From NCBI GenBank assembly GCA_003160755.1, contig QEXZ01000002.1:1-41992 (forward strand): a stretch of DNA of 41,992 nucleotides, read 5' to 3'. The notes under the pieces were generated by a model. The model saw nothing but the letters and a program-made list of their open reading frames with translations, ran no database searches and had not been told where the DNA came from. The DNA is from Methanomicrobiales archaeon. GTDB taxonomy: Archaea; Halobacteriota; Syntropharchaeia; Alkanophagales; Methanospirareceae. Positions 8,580 to 16,716 of this stretch are shown in pieces (within the stretch, counting starts at the first letter, position 1; each line of letters opens with the position of its first letter). A program made the translations under genes and the position numbers.

Positions 8580-9326
8580 ATGGGAAAAGTATATCTCGTG
8601 GGTGCAGGACCGGGGGACCCGGAACTGATAAGTTTGAAGGCATATCGGCTTATACAAGAAGCTGACGTGGTATTAGTTGACAATTTGGTTTTCGGCGTGA
8701 AGAAGCTGATTCCCGAAGGTAAGAAGGTCATTGACATCGGAAAAACGGCAAAGGAGCATAAACTTTCGCAGGATGGGATAAACATGCTCATGGTTGACCT
8801 ATCGGAACAATACGATAAGGTAGTGCGATTGAAAGGTGGAGACCCCTATATTTTCGGTAGAGGTGGCGAAGAGGCGGTGTTTCTCAGAGAGCATGGTGTT
8901 GATTTTGATGTGGTGCCCGGGATAACATCGGCGGTTGCCGCACCTGCTTATTTTTCCATTCCGCTTACATACCGCGGCATTTCTTCTGCTGTTACGGTAA
9001 TTACGGGACACGAAATGGAAGAGAAAGAAGAAATTGATAGCATCAACTGGGAAGCGATTGCGAATTTGACGGGCACGCTCGTCATTCTGATGGGTGTAGG
9101 AAATCTTGCTAAAAATGTAGACAACCTTTTGAAACATGGACTGCGTGCCGAAACGCCTGTTGCGGTGATTGAAAAAGGGTTTACTGAAGATGCGAGGATT
9201 GTGGTTGGAACGCTGGGGAACATCGTGGAAGTAGCAGCGAAAGAAAAAGTGAAGCCGCCGGCGGTGATTGTAGTTGGCGATGTGGTTAATGTGCGGGAGA
9301 AGTTGATTCTACACCCGGAGAAGTGA
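8580..9326 (+). CDS. cobA: uroporphyrinogen-III C-methyltransferase (SUMT)
   Basis: VYLVGAGPGDPELISLKA, VVRLKGGDPYIFGRGGEE, VPGITSAVAAPAY. Confidence 0.9.
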   Translation: MGKVYLVGAGPGDPELISLKAYRLIQEADVVLVDNLVFGVKKLIPEGKKVIDIGKTAKEHKLSQDGINMLMVDLSEQYDKVVRLKGGDPYIFGRGGEEAVFLREHGVDFDVVPGITSAVAAPAYFSIPLTYRGISSAVTVITGHEMEEKEEIDSINWEAIANLTGTLVILMGVGNLAKNVDNLLKHGLRAETPVAVIEKGFTEDARIVVGTLGNIVEVAAKEKVKPPAVIVVGDVVNVREKLILHPEK

Positions 9327-9734
9327 AAAAACATATTGCTCGAAGTTCCGATCGAAAGAAAAGGCATTTTTTACCCCAAACTCTTCCATCAAAGCAAAGC
9401 TCGTGCAATCCGTGAAACTATATCTTTTATCTTTATGCTTCTTAAATACTACCCATGCCTTCTCTTCGACTTCTGCGGAAATCCTCACAACATTCACTAT
9501 CCTAGATTTTCTTATCCGCTCACCAAAATCTATCGCTTGACTATGCCCCAACTGCATCATTATAAGCGTTAATGTTTCGTCAAGGATGTAATCAGAGGTG
9601 TAAAGCCTTCTAATTTGAAGCTTGCCATTCCTGATAGCTCGCCGGATCTTAATCGCCTCTTCATGGCTTGCATCATCCGAGTCATCCAAAGCGTAGAAAG
9701 CACTCGTATCCACAAAGCTAATAGAGATATTCAT
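9309..9734 (-). CDS. vapC: PIN-domain toxin VapC
   Basis: FVDTSAFYAL near the N-terminus, SFTDCTSFALM, and a C-terminal AFSFDRNF. Its 3' end overlaps the cobA 3' end by 18 nt. Confidence 0.85.
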   Translation of the reverse strand: MNISISFVDTSAFYALDDSDDASHEEAIKIRRAIRNGKLQIRRLYTSDYILDETLTLIMMQLGHSQAIDFGERIRKSRIVNVVRISAEVEEKAWVVFKKHKDKRYSFTDCTSFALMEEFGVKNAFSFDRNFEQYVFSLLRV

Positions 9735-9939
9735 CGTGCCTCTTGCTCACGTCCTTTTTCCCACTTCTTGCCGACCTCTCTAAAAAAAATGTGTCCTTAG
9801 AAGAAACTTTCGCTCTCTGGCCTAAAGTGTCGATAATTACTTCTCTGATTCCCTGCTCTATGCTCTTACCCTCTTTTTTCAGCCATTCTTTCAAAAGAGT
9901 ATACTCTTCCTCCTCCAATTTGGTCTGAACAACTTTCAT
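9718..9939 (-). CDS. vapB: VapB-type antitoxin (73 aa)
   Basis: The ATG at 9939 gives MKVVQTKLEEEEYTLLKEWLKKEGKSIEQGIREVI..., which looks RHH/CopG-like. It overlaps the vapC start by 17 nt. The longer 241-aa ORF in the track is a spurious upstream extension antisense to hemD. Confidence 0.6.
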   Translation of the reverse strand: MKVVQTKLEEEEYTLLKEWLKKEGKSIEQGIREVIIDTLGQRAKVSSKDTFFLERSARSGKKDVSKRHDEYLY

Positions 9940-10006
9940 GATTCTTACTAATACAAAATACAATTCTAAATTATATAAAATTATATTTAAAAAAGAGGCA
10001 TCCAAA

Positions 10007-10792
10007 ATGAAAAAGAAAATAGTAGCCTTTCGACCTGAGAACGTGCTTAAACGGTCAAAAGAAAAAGCGGATAGATACGGTTTTGATTTCTTCGGCTTTA
10101 CCCTGTTTGAACTGGTAGATAGAAAAGAGGCATTGAAGGAGGTAGAGGACGTTTTTAATGAGCGCGTGGACATAGTCGTCTTCACAAGTCTAAACGGCGT
10201 AAAGAAATCGTTCGGCATCTGCGAAGGTGAATTTGACTTGAAAGCGAAGCTTTTGGACGCGGCTATCGAAATATGCGCTATTGGTCCGGTTACGGGTTCG
10301 GAACTCGAGAAACATGGTGTGCGGGTTGACTTTATGCCGGAACAATACAGCGCAAAAGGGCTTATGGAGCTAATGGATAAGAGAGGAGATGCAGAAAATA
10401 AAAAAATCGTTTTCCTGAGGAGTGCCGAAGGTGGTCGGGACATTCTGGACTTCTTACGTCAAAAAGGTGCTTTCGTGAAGGACATCCAGATATATAAAGT
10501 AGAGATAAAGGATACCGAAGAAGAGAAAGAGCTGTTTTCGGAGTTCGTAGCCTATGACCCTGATTATATTATATTCACGAGTTCTTTAACGTTTAAAACG
10601 TTTTTGGGGCTTGCCAAAGAATTTGGAATGAAAGAAAATATCTTTGAGGTTTTAGAACACGCTAAAATCGCCGCTATTGGTGATTTGACTGCTGAAACCA
10701 TTTGCGAAGCAGGCATGAAAGTGGATCTGGTTGCGGGGAAAAGCACTTTTGAAGACGTTCTGAAAGAGATAAAGAGTAAAACTTTTTCCTAA
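10007..10792 (+). CDS. hemD: uroporphyrinogen-III synthase
   Basis: HemD-like two-lobe pattern: VVFTSLNGV ... IIFTSSLTFKTF ... AIGDLTAE. I chose the ATG at 10007 (MKKKIVAFRPE). Confidence 0.75.
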   Translation: MKKKIVAFRPENVLKRSKEKADRYGFDFFGFTLFELVDRKEALKEVEDVFNERVDIVVFTSLNGVKKSFGICEGEFDLKAKLLDAAIEICAIGPVTGSELEKHGVRVDFMPEQYSAKGLMELMDKRGDAENKKIVFLRSAEGGRDILDFLRQKGAFVKDIQIYKVEIKDTEEEKELFSEFVAYDPDYIIFTSSLTFKTFLGLAKEFGMKENIFEVLEHAKIAAIGDLTAETICEAGMKVDLVAGKSTFEDVLKEIKSKTFS

Positions 10793-10817
10793 AAAGTTTT
10801 ATTTTTTGCGGGATTGC

Positions 10818-11210
10818 CTATTCCTTCCTTTTTACCATTACGCATACATCATGCACTACTTTTATGTTATTTTGCATGCAAAAATTTATTGCGTGCTCGG
10901 ATTTTGAACCGGGCTGCACCCATACCCTCTCTATTCCTAACTCTTTGCATTCCTCAACTGTCTTTTCCATTACGCTTGGTGGGACTACGGTATCAACGAC
11001 ATCAGGTTTTTCAGGCAGTTCGCTTAACGAATGATAGCATCGGTCACCTAAGACTTCGTCAATATTCGGATTCACGGCGTAAACTACATAACCTGCTTCT
11101 TTCAGGTCTTTATATACCTGATGCCCGTACTTCGCAGGGTTTCTCGAAACGCCGACGACTGCAAAAATGTTCTCTTTCTGCAGAAAGTCATTTAGCGGGT
11201 TGATGTTCAT
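10818..11210 (-). CDS. CoA-binding domain protein (YccU/YneT-like)
   Basis: IFAVVGVSRNPAKYGHQVYKDLKEAGYVVYAVNPN...VDTVVPP. Start taken at MNINPL (11210). The upstream part of the track ORF has no support. Confidence 0.8.
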   Translation of the reverse strand: MNINPLNDFLQKENIFAVVGVSRNPAKYGHQVYKDLKEAGYVVYAVNPNIDEVLGDRCYHSLSELPEKPDVVDTVVPPSVMEKTVEECKELGIERVWVQPGSKSEHAINFCMQNNIKVVHDVCVMVKRKE

Positions 11211-11554
11211 TTTATACGCTTTATTATTGTCTTTCTTCAGTAAAAGTTTAATGCCCCAGAGGCCAATTACGTATAACATGTTGCGTTGAACGAAGCTTTT
11301 TCCGAAGGAAAAAATTTGGGTGGAGAAAACTGTAAGGTTTCGAAAACGCGTAAGCCCAGTTAAATTCTCCAACTGAAGTGAGGACGAGGTTAGTGCAACG
11401 TCCCGAAGGGAAACCGAAGAGTTTTTTGTCACAGGAAAGCGGATTGGCACCGTATCTTTTGCTTGCTTTATTAATATGACAAATCTGCGAAGCGGACTAA
11501 AAATTTAAGGGGCGTATTTAGTAAATTTTATATTATCCTAAAAATATCTTTTTT

Positions 11555-12505
11555 ATGTGGGTGTATCATATGAGCAACACTATGCATTTAAGAAGGTTTA
11601 TAGAAAACAACCCTTATAATGACAAGGCCAAAAAAAGACTTATTGAAATTGGGTCTATCGAAGACCTAGAATGGTTGCACAACCGATATCCTTTCAATGA
11701 AAAGATAAAGGAAGGTCTCATACAGAAAAGTAACGCTCATGCATTAAGAAGGTTTATTAAAAACAACCCTTATAACGGCAAGGCCAAAAAAAGACTTATT
11801 GAAATTGGGTCTATCGAAGACCTAGAATGGTTGCACAACCGATATCCTTTCAATGAAGAGATAAAGGAAGGTCTCATACAGAAAAGTAACGCTCATGCAT
11901 TAAGAAGGTTTATAGAAAACAACCCTTATAACGGCAAGGCCAAAAAAAGACTTATTGAAATTGGGTCTATAGAAGACCTAGAATGGTTGCACAACCGATA
12001 TCCTTTCAATGAAAAGATAAAGGATGCTATAATTTCATATGAGCCAAATAAAAAAGTGATACCGCTAAAAATACAAAATAAGTCTTTAAGTAAAAATTTC
12101 GATGTTTTTATTTGCCATGCAAGCGAAGACAAAGAGTCTTTTGTTAAACCATTAGCGAAGGCTCTTAAAGAGGCGGGGGTTAAAGTGTGGTATGATGACT
12201 TTGTATTAGAGTGGGGAGATAGCTTAAGAGGTTCAATCGACAAAGGATTGGTAAATTCTAGATATGGTATCGTAATATTTTCTAAGGCTTTTTTAAACAA
12301 GAAAAAGACATGGACAAAGCATGAACTGGATGGATTGTTCGCTGAAGAGATTAAAGGTAAAAGGGTTATTTTGCCAATATGGCACGATATATCACGAGAT
12401 GATCTGTTAGAGTATAGTCCTTCATTTGCAGATAGACTAGCAAAAACATCTGATTCAATCGATGACATAGTTAACGACGTTAAGAATCTTCTTGGAAAAG
12501 AATAG
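11555..12505 (+). CDS. TIR-domain protein with three N-terminal 52-aa tandem repeats
   Basis: The C-terminal half carries FDVFICHASEDKESFVKPLAKALKEAGVKVWYDDFVLEWGDSLRGSIDKGLVNSRYGIVIFSKAFL..WTKHELDGL, a bacterial TIR_2-type signature. An AT-rich TATA-like box (taaattttatatta) lies about 25 nt upstream of the ATG. Confidence 0.85.
   Translation: MWVYHMSNTMHLRRFIENNPYNDKAKKRLIEIGSIEDLEWLHNRYPFNEKIKEGLIQKSNAHALRRFIKNNPYNGKAKKRLIEIGSIEDLEWLHNRYPFNEEIKEGLIQKSNAHALRRFIENNPYNGKAKKRLIEIGSIEDLEWLHNRYPFNEKIKDAIISYEPNKKVIPLKIQNKSLSKNFDVFICHASEDKESFVKPLAKALKEAGVKVWYDDFVLEWGDSLRGSIDKGLVNSRYGIVIFSKAFLNKKKTWTKHELDGLFAEEIKGKRVILPIWHDISRDDLLEYSPSFADRLAKTSDSIDDIVNDVKNLLGKE
11588..12024. repeat. 2.8 copies of a 156-bp near-identical in-frame tandem repeat inside the TIR gene
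   Basis: TTAAGAAGGTTTAT... recurs at 11588, 11744 and 11900 with an exact 156-nt offset. Only a handful of substitutions separate the copies. Confidence 0.9.
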
Positions 12506-12883
12506 TTTATCTTTATAGAAAAAAATAAAGTTTTTCAACAAATATCCCCCCATAATAATTGCCCCACTCCGTTTTTAAGCAAGCAAAAATGTGTCCGAGT
12601 GTTAGCGCAAACTCCTGATTTCTAAACAAAGGCGCCAATTAAAAGGAAGTGGTAGTAGCGTTAGCGCGAGCGGTTTTAGGTGACAAAAATTGGATTTAAT
12701 GTCCCCGGCATAAAAGAAGTTTTTGCGGAGCAAAAATTTGGGTGAGCGAGAGCGGACCTTTTATGCTGTGTTGTCCGAAGTTGCATCCTATTCCCCCATT
12801 GCCAATTCTCTTAAGATTTCCCTATATTCTATTTTCTCACCTAAATTTGTTTTTGTGTTTTTGTTTATTAAAAACATCCCCAG

Positions 12884-14014
12884 TTATTTCACAACCCCCC
12901 CTTCATATATCACCGCCGCTATATCGTTTCGTGTCGCTCTTCTCACCACACCTCTTATTGAGTTCCTCACGTTTCTCATATTTGGTGTATCGTTTCTAAT
13001 CACCACTAAATTCGCCGTTTTTCCTTCCTCTATCGAACCCACGAATTTGTCTTCTTTCAGCACCTTTGCGGAATCAAGCGTGCACATCTTCAGCACTTTC
13101 CGTTCATCAAGCTTACGAAAAATCTTGGAAATGAATTCCATTTCAGAGAACATGTCAGGTGAGTTGAGCATTACGTTATCCGTGCCAACACCCACCGTTA
13201 ATCCTGATTCGAGCATCTGACGTAAAGGCGGCAGCCCCATCCCGGTCACCAGGTTAGAGCGAATGCAAACGACAGCCGCTATGTTTTTGTCCTGCATCTT
13301 CTCGAAATCTTGCTGCGATGCTTTTGTAAGGTGTACGATGAAATCAGGTTCAAGCTCTATCGCACCTTTTACATCTTCTGCATTTCGTTCACCCGCGTGA
13401 AGTGCGAACATTTTCCCCCTTGTTTTTGTCTCCGCCGCTAAACGTCTCATGTCTTCCCACGGGTAGTCCGCTACACTGCTCATGCCTATTCCGTCCGCCG
13501 ATTCAAAAATTCGTAATTCGTAATTCGTAATTCGTAATTCGTCCGTTTCCGTTCCCGCTTCTGGTCTGCCAAATATTTTCATATCCAATTTCTCTCGACA
13601 TTCCGCCGAATCGAAAGCTTCTTTTAGTGCTTTAATACCCAAAACACCGCCTTCTCGGAAATCTGCAAACAGTCCTGTTCCCGTAGCAAAAATGTCCTCA
13701 ATGCTGTCCTTCATCGAAGAAACAAGCTCGTTATGTGATGTTTCAGCTAATATTTTGTGTTTATAGCCCCCAGGACCCACTAACCGGTCCAGCGGCATAA
13801 AATCGGGCTCTTTTGCTGCTGAATCGCCGATGTGCGTATGTGCATTGACGAAAGAGGGAATTACAATACCCGTCACATCCGCTTCTATCTCCCCCCCTTC
13901 GCCAATTTCTTTTATTTTGCCTCCTTCGATTACCACATACCCCGTCCTATCCTCAAAGTCATCGCCATATACAATTGTTCCTGAAACGATTAGCTGGCTC
14001 TTTTGTTTCGCCAT
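12884..14014 (-). CDS. amidohydrolase-family protein (COG0402-type chlorohydrolase/deaminase-like)
   Basis: Metal motif FVNAHTHIGDS, plus HAGE, HLT and GVGTDNV. Confidence 0.8.
   Translation of the reverse strand: MAKQKSQLIVSGTIVYGDDFEDRTGYVVIEGGKIKEIGEGGEIEADVTGIVIPSFVNAHTHIGDSAAKEPDFMPLDRLVGPGGYKHKILAETSHNELVSSMKDSIEDIFATGTGLFADFREGGVLGIKALKEAFDSAECREKLDMKIFGRPEAGTETDELRITNYELRIFESADGIGMSSVADYPWEDMRRLAAETKTRGKMFALHAGERNAEDVKGAIELEPDFIVHLTKASQQDFEKMQDKNIAAVVCIRSNLVTGMGLPPLRQMLESGLTVGVGTDNVMLNSPDMFSEMEFISKIFRKLDERKVLKMCTLDSAKVLKEDKFVGSIEEGKTANLVVIRNDTPNMRNVRNSIRGVVRRATRNDIAAVIYEGGVVK
13508..13542. repeat. (AATTCGT)x5 perfect heptanucleotide microsatellite inside the amidohydrolase CDS
   Basis: Read directly from the sequence. 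It is translated on the minus strand as DELRITNYELRIF. Confidence 0.95.
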
Positions 14015-14018
14015 TCAC

Positions 14019-14663
14019 TCATCCAATAAGAATAAGCTCCTTCGCTTTCATGACGGCATCAACGGCGTCTTTACCATAGGCATCGGCACCGATTTCGTCT
14101 GCATAATCTTCGCTTACCGCACCACCACCAACCATTATCTTTACCTCCAGACCTTCTTCCCTGAAATACTGTATGACCTCTGCCATGTATTCACGTGTCG
14201 TCGTGAGTAATGCGGACATTGCAACAATGTCGGCTTCCGTTTCCGCGACTGCTTCTGCATATTTGCTCTTTTCAACCTCGGTTCCCAGGTCAATGACCTC
14301 AAAACCCTCAGCAGATAGCATTATACTGACTATCTCTTTGCCTATATCGTGCACGTCCCCTTTGACAGTCCCAATAACGATTTTTCCTATCTTGTCCCGC
14401 TGCTCTTTTACGCCCTCTTTTAGCTCCTCTTGCAACAGCGGCTGCTTGAGTAGCTGCAGTAGCTTCTTTGCATTCCAGCCCGAAACCATCAGCTCGGCGT
14501 CGAAATATATCTCCTTGTATCCCCGCCCTATTTCCTTCAGGCCTTCGGTCATTTCTTCTGTGATTTCATACGCTTTCCTTCCTGCGTTCAGCCGCTCCTC
14601 ACAGAATGCTTCTATTTTCTGCTTCTTTACATCAAGCAACGAGTCAAGTATTGAATATTCCAT
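14019..14663 (-). CDS. B12-binding corrinoid protein (methyltransferase-cognate type)
   Basis: DxHxxG motif GDVHDIGKEIV followed by SALLTTT and GGA. An N-terminal helical cap domain is present. I chose the ATG at 14663 (MEYSIL). Confidence 0.8.
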   Translation of the reverse strand: MEYSILDSLLDVKKQKIEAFCEERLNAGRKAYEITEEMTEGLKEIGRGYKEIYFDAELMVSGWNAKKLLQLLKQPLLQEELKEGVKEQRDKIGKIVIGTVKGDVHDIGKEIVSIMLSAEGFEVIDLGTEVEKSKYAEAVAETEADIVAMSALLTTTREYMAEVIQYFREEGLEVKIMVGGGAVSEDYADEIGADAYGKDAVDAVMKAKELILIG

Positions 14664-14707
14664 TGGTAGAATAAAAATCCAAAAACCCAAAAGAAAGGTT
14701 TGTTTAG

Positions 14708-14755
14708 ACTGGGGCTCTGCCCCAGTAACCCTGCAAGCCCAGCAGGGGCTTATTT
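14708..14755 (+). repeat. GC-rich double-hairpin element, copy B
   Basis: ACTGGGGCTCTGCCCCAGTAACCCTGCAAGCCCAGCAGGGGCTTATTTT. Confidence 0.75.
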
Positions 14756-14774
14756 TGAGTTTAGTACTTAGTAT

Positions 14775-15047
14775 TTATTCTCCTGAAGTTGCATATATTT
14801 CATAGGGCATTATCCTCTTGTTCGCCTTCTTCTTCCCTCTTAACTTACTCACGAGGTCGGCGGCTTTCTCCTTCTTCTCCCGTTTCTTCAACCGTTCCAT
14901 CAGGTTCGTCATCTCTTTCTCCTTTCCCGCGCCGCCGTATTCCTTCTGTTCCGCTTTTAAGTACCCGTCGTCCTCATCTATTTCTTCTAGTTCCTCTTCT
15001 TCACCTTCCTCTTCCATTCCTTCAAAAACCAATGCGTTTTCGTCCAC
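14775..15047 (-). CDS. small, strongly charged (E/D- and K-rich) Pup/UBact-like candidate modifier ending in -SGE
   Basis: 80-90 aa, starting at GTG 15047 or ATG 15017. It has an acidic N-terminal half (EEEGEEEELEEIDEDDG), a Lys-rich C-terminal half, and the terminal ...PYEIYATSGE*. It sits directly downstream of the two PafA/Dop-like genes on the same strand. Confidence 0.55.
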   Translation of the reverse strand: MDENALVFEGMEEEGEEEELEEIDEDDGYLKAEQKEYGGAGKEKEMTNLMERLKKREKKEKAADLVSKLRGKKKANKRIMPYEIYATSGE

Positions 15048-15129
15048 CTTAACTCAACCCCCTAACACTTTTTTGCTTCGTAAAACCCTTTACTAAACTA
15101 TCTTCTCTTTATAATAAAATCTTCCACTA

Positions 15130-16710
15130 CTAAAAGATTACCTTATCGGGATACAACTCCTTTGCAGCGGATAGAACATCCTCTATTTGCTTTCCCTCCA
15201 CCATTTTCGTCCCTATCTCTTCCTTATTCAGCATAAACGGCTCATCTAGCATTATTTTCGCCTCATCAAGCACCATCGTCGACCAGCTGACACTTCGCAC
15301 ATGCGAGCCATACCTTCTCAACATTTCAACCTTGAAAAAGTCCCGTGTCTGTTCGGGTGCATTACGCAATGCGTATTTCACCCTATCCGATAAAGCCCCC
15401 CAATCAACTTCTGGCAATGCTCGCTTTGCGAATGCCCGCGACTCCTTCGGATTGTAAAGGCAACTGCCTTTCAGGCTGTCTTCGTCATCCTGAATGTCGT
15501 ACAGCGCACTTTCGTCCACCAGTGCGTATTGGTTACAGACGCTTATTCCTTCAGCAGCATTTTTTGGCTCATAATTCACAAGCAATGCCAATTTCGTCAC
15601 CCAATCAATCCCATCCACGTATTTTTCGAGCTGTCGCGCTTCTAAGTCCTCTATCACTCCTTTTAAGCCTTTTCTCCCTATTTCAGCCCATTTTTGGTCT
15701 TCTTTTTCCTCCCCCATCTCTTCATACATCGCCTCTATCCGTTCGTGATAAAACCGGAGAATGGAAACGGCATCCGTGGACTCGCCGCTCTTCAACTTTA
15801 ACTTCCACTCGCATTCTTGTGTATCTGCTGATATCTTTTTGAACGTTCTCACAGGGTCTTCTATCTCTGGAGCATCGTTCAGAAACCCCAATTCAAATGC
15901 ACTGATTACCATCGCCTGTGCAATGTCACGTAAGAAAATCGCGTATTCCGAACGAAGCGCTTCGTAATGTATGTCGTGCAGTCGCCAGTATTGACGTGCA
16001 GCATGCGGCTGGTCTCGCGTGTTCAGAATACCTCTGCCCGCTGTGGTCGAAAGAGAGGAGGGATGAACAACAAACATCGCTCTTGGCGAAATAACAAACT
16101 TCACTCCTTCTTTACCTATGGTATCTCCGGAAACAACGTCTCCTGCCCCGGTGAACAGTATTCTTGTAACCATCCAGGGTATTAGCGCCTTCTCTACACG
16201 ACTCCAATCCCTGCATACTGCCCTTTTTGTTAGTATATTCCCATGTGTAGCGTACGTATTGGTCTTTACTCTTTTCGCACCTGCACTGCCAGCACCAGCA
16301 CCAGCGACCGCACCAGAGCGACTGAAGAAATTCGCAACATTATTCTTATGGACGACAACTTTTTTCTTTAACGCCAGACTCGCCTCTTTTGACCCCATAA
16401 AAGCATATATCTCGGATGCTTTGTCGTATGCCACGGCATCAAAAGGGTTGTTGTAAGAAGGTGTTGATATTTCAAGATGCCCCATATCGTTATAAATCCG
16501 GCAGCCGTTTTCACCAAACGAAGAAGCTATTTTCGATTCATGCGCCTCTTGCGATACCTCGGTAGCGGTGTCCCAGTTCACATCGCGTGAAAATTTTCTT
16601 CGTTTTAAACCTTGAATCGCAGCGTTAACGAGCAAAGACGGGTTTAAACTTACTTTTATACTCAACGGATATTCCTGCTCTATCCCTCTTATCCTATTTT
16701 CCGTTTTCAT
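15130..16710 (-). CDS. PafA/Dop (Pup ligase/deamidase) family protein, paralog 2 (526 aa)
   Basis: RIRGIEQEYPL; NGCRIYNDMGHLEISTP; HKNNV...THGNI; LIPWMVTRILFTGAG; GILNTRDQPHA..YWRLHD; IDWVTKL; APEQTRDFF. These are collinear with the actinobacterial PafA/Dop signatures as I recall them. Confidence 0.8.
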   Translation of the reverse strand: MKTENRIRGIEQEYPLSIKVSLNPSLLVNAAIQGLKRRKFSRDVNWDTATEVSQEAHESKIASSFGENGCRIYNDMGHLEISTPSYNNPFDAVAYDKASEIYAFMGSKEASLALKKKVVVHKNNVANFFSRSGAVAGAGAGSAGAKRVKTNTYATHGNILTKRAVCRDWSRVEKALIPWMVTRILFTGAGDVVSGDTIGKEGVKFVISPRAMFVVHPSSLSTTAGRGILNTRDQPHAARQYWRLHDIHYEALRSEYAIFLRDIAQAMVISAFELGFLNDAPEIEDPVRTFKKISADTQECEWKLKLKSGESTDAVSILRFYHERIEAMYEEMGEEKEDQKWAEIGRKGLKGVIEDLEARQLEKYVDGIDWVTKLALLVNYEPKNAAEGISVCNQYALVDESALYDIQDDEDSLKGSCLYNPKESRAFAKRALPEVDWGALSDRVKYALRNAPEQTRDFFKVEMLRRYGSHVRSVSWSTMVLDEAKIMLDEPFMLNKEEIGTKMVEGKQIEDVLSAAKELYPDKVIF

Positions 16711-16716
16711 TAACCA

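Noticed and set aside
9940-10443. The upstream 168 codons of the 241-aa minus-strand ORF 9718-10443.
   Set aside because: This part is antisense to hemD and has a low-complexity Ser/Phe-rich translation. The real gene is the 73-aa antitoxin starting at 9939.
10898-10913. A T-loop-like GGTTCAAAATCCG (reverse strand) that might indicate a tRNA.
   Set aside because: It lies inside the well-supported CoA-binding protein CDS. No acceptor or anticodon stems can be drawn around it. I saw no convincing tRNA or rRNA anywhere in the window.
10793-11203. ORF 10814-11203(+), 129 aa, downstream of hemD.
   Set aside because: It is antisense to the CoA-binding protein gene and has a Leu/Arg/Ser-rich composition typical of a shadow ORF.
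11309-12744. A 13-nt direct repeat AAAAATTTGGGTG occurs on both sides of the TIR gene (11310-11322 and 12732-12744), along with loosely similar GTTAGCGC/GTTAGTGC motifs. These could be read as insertion footprints.
   Set aside because: A single exact 13-mer match in an AT-rich 42-kb window is expected by chance several times over. The surrounding similarity is too weak to align by eye.
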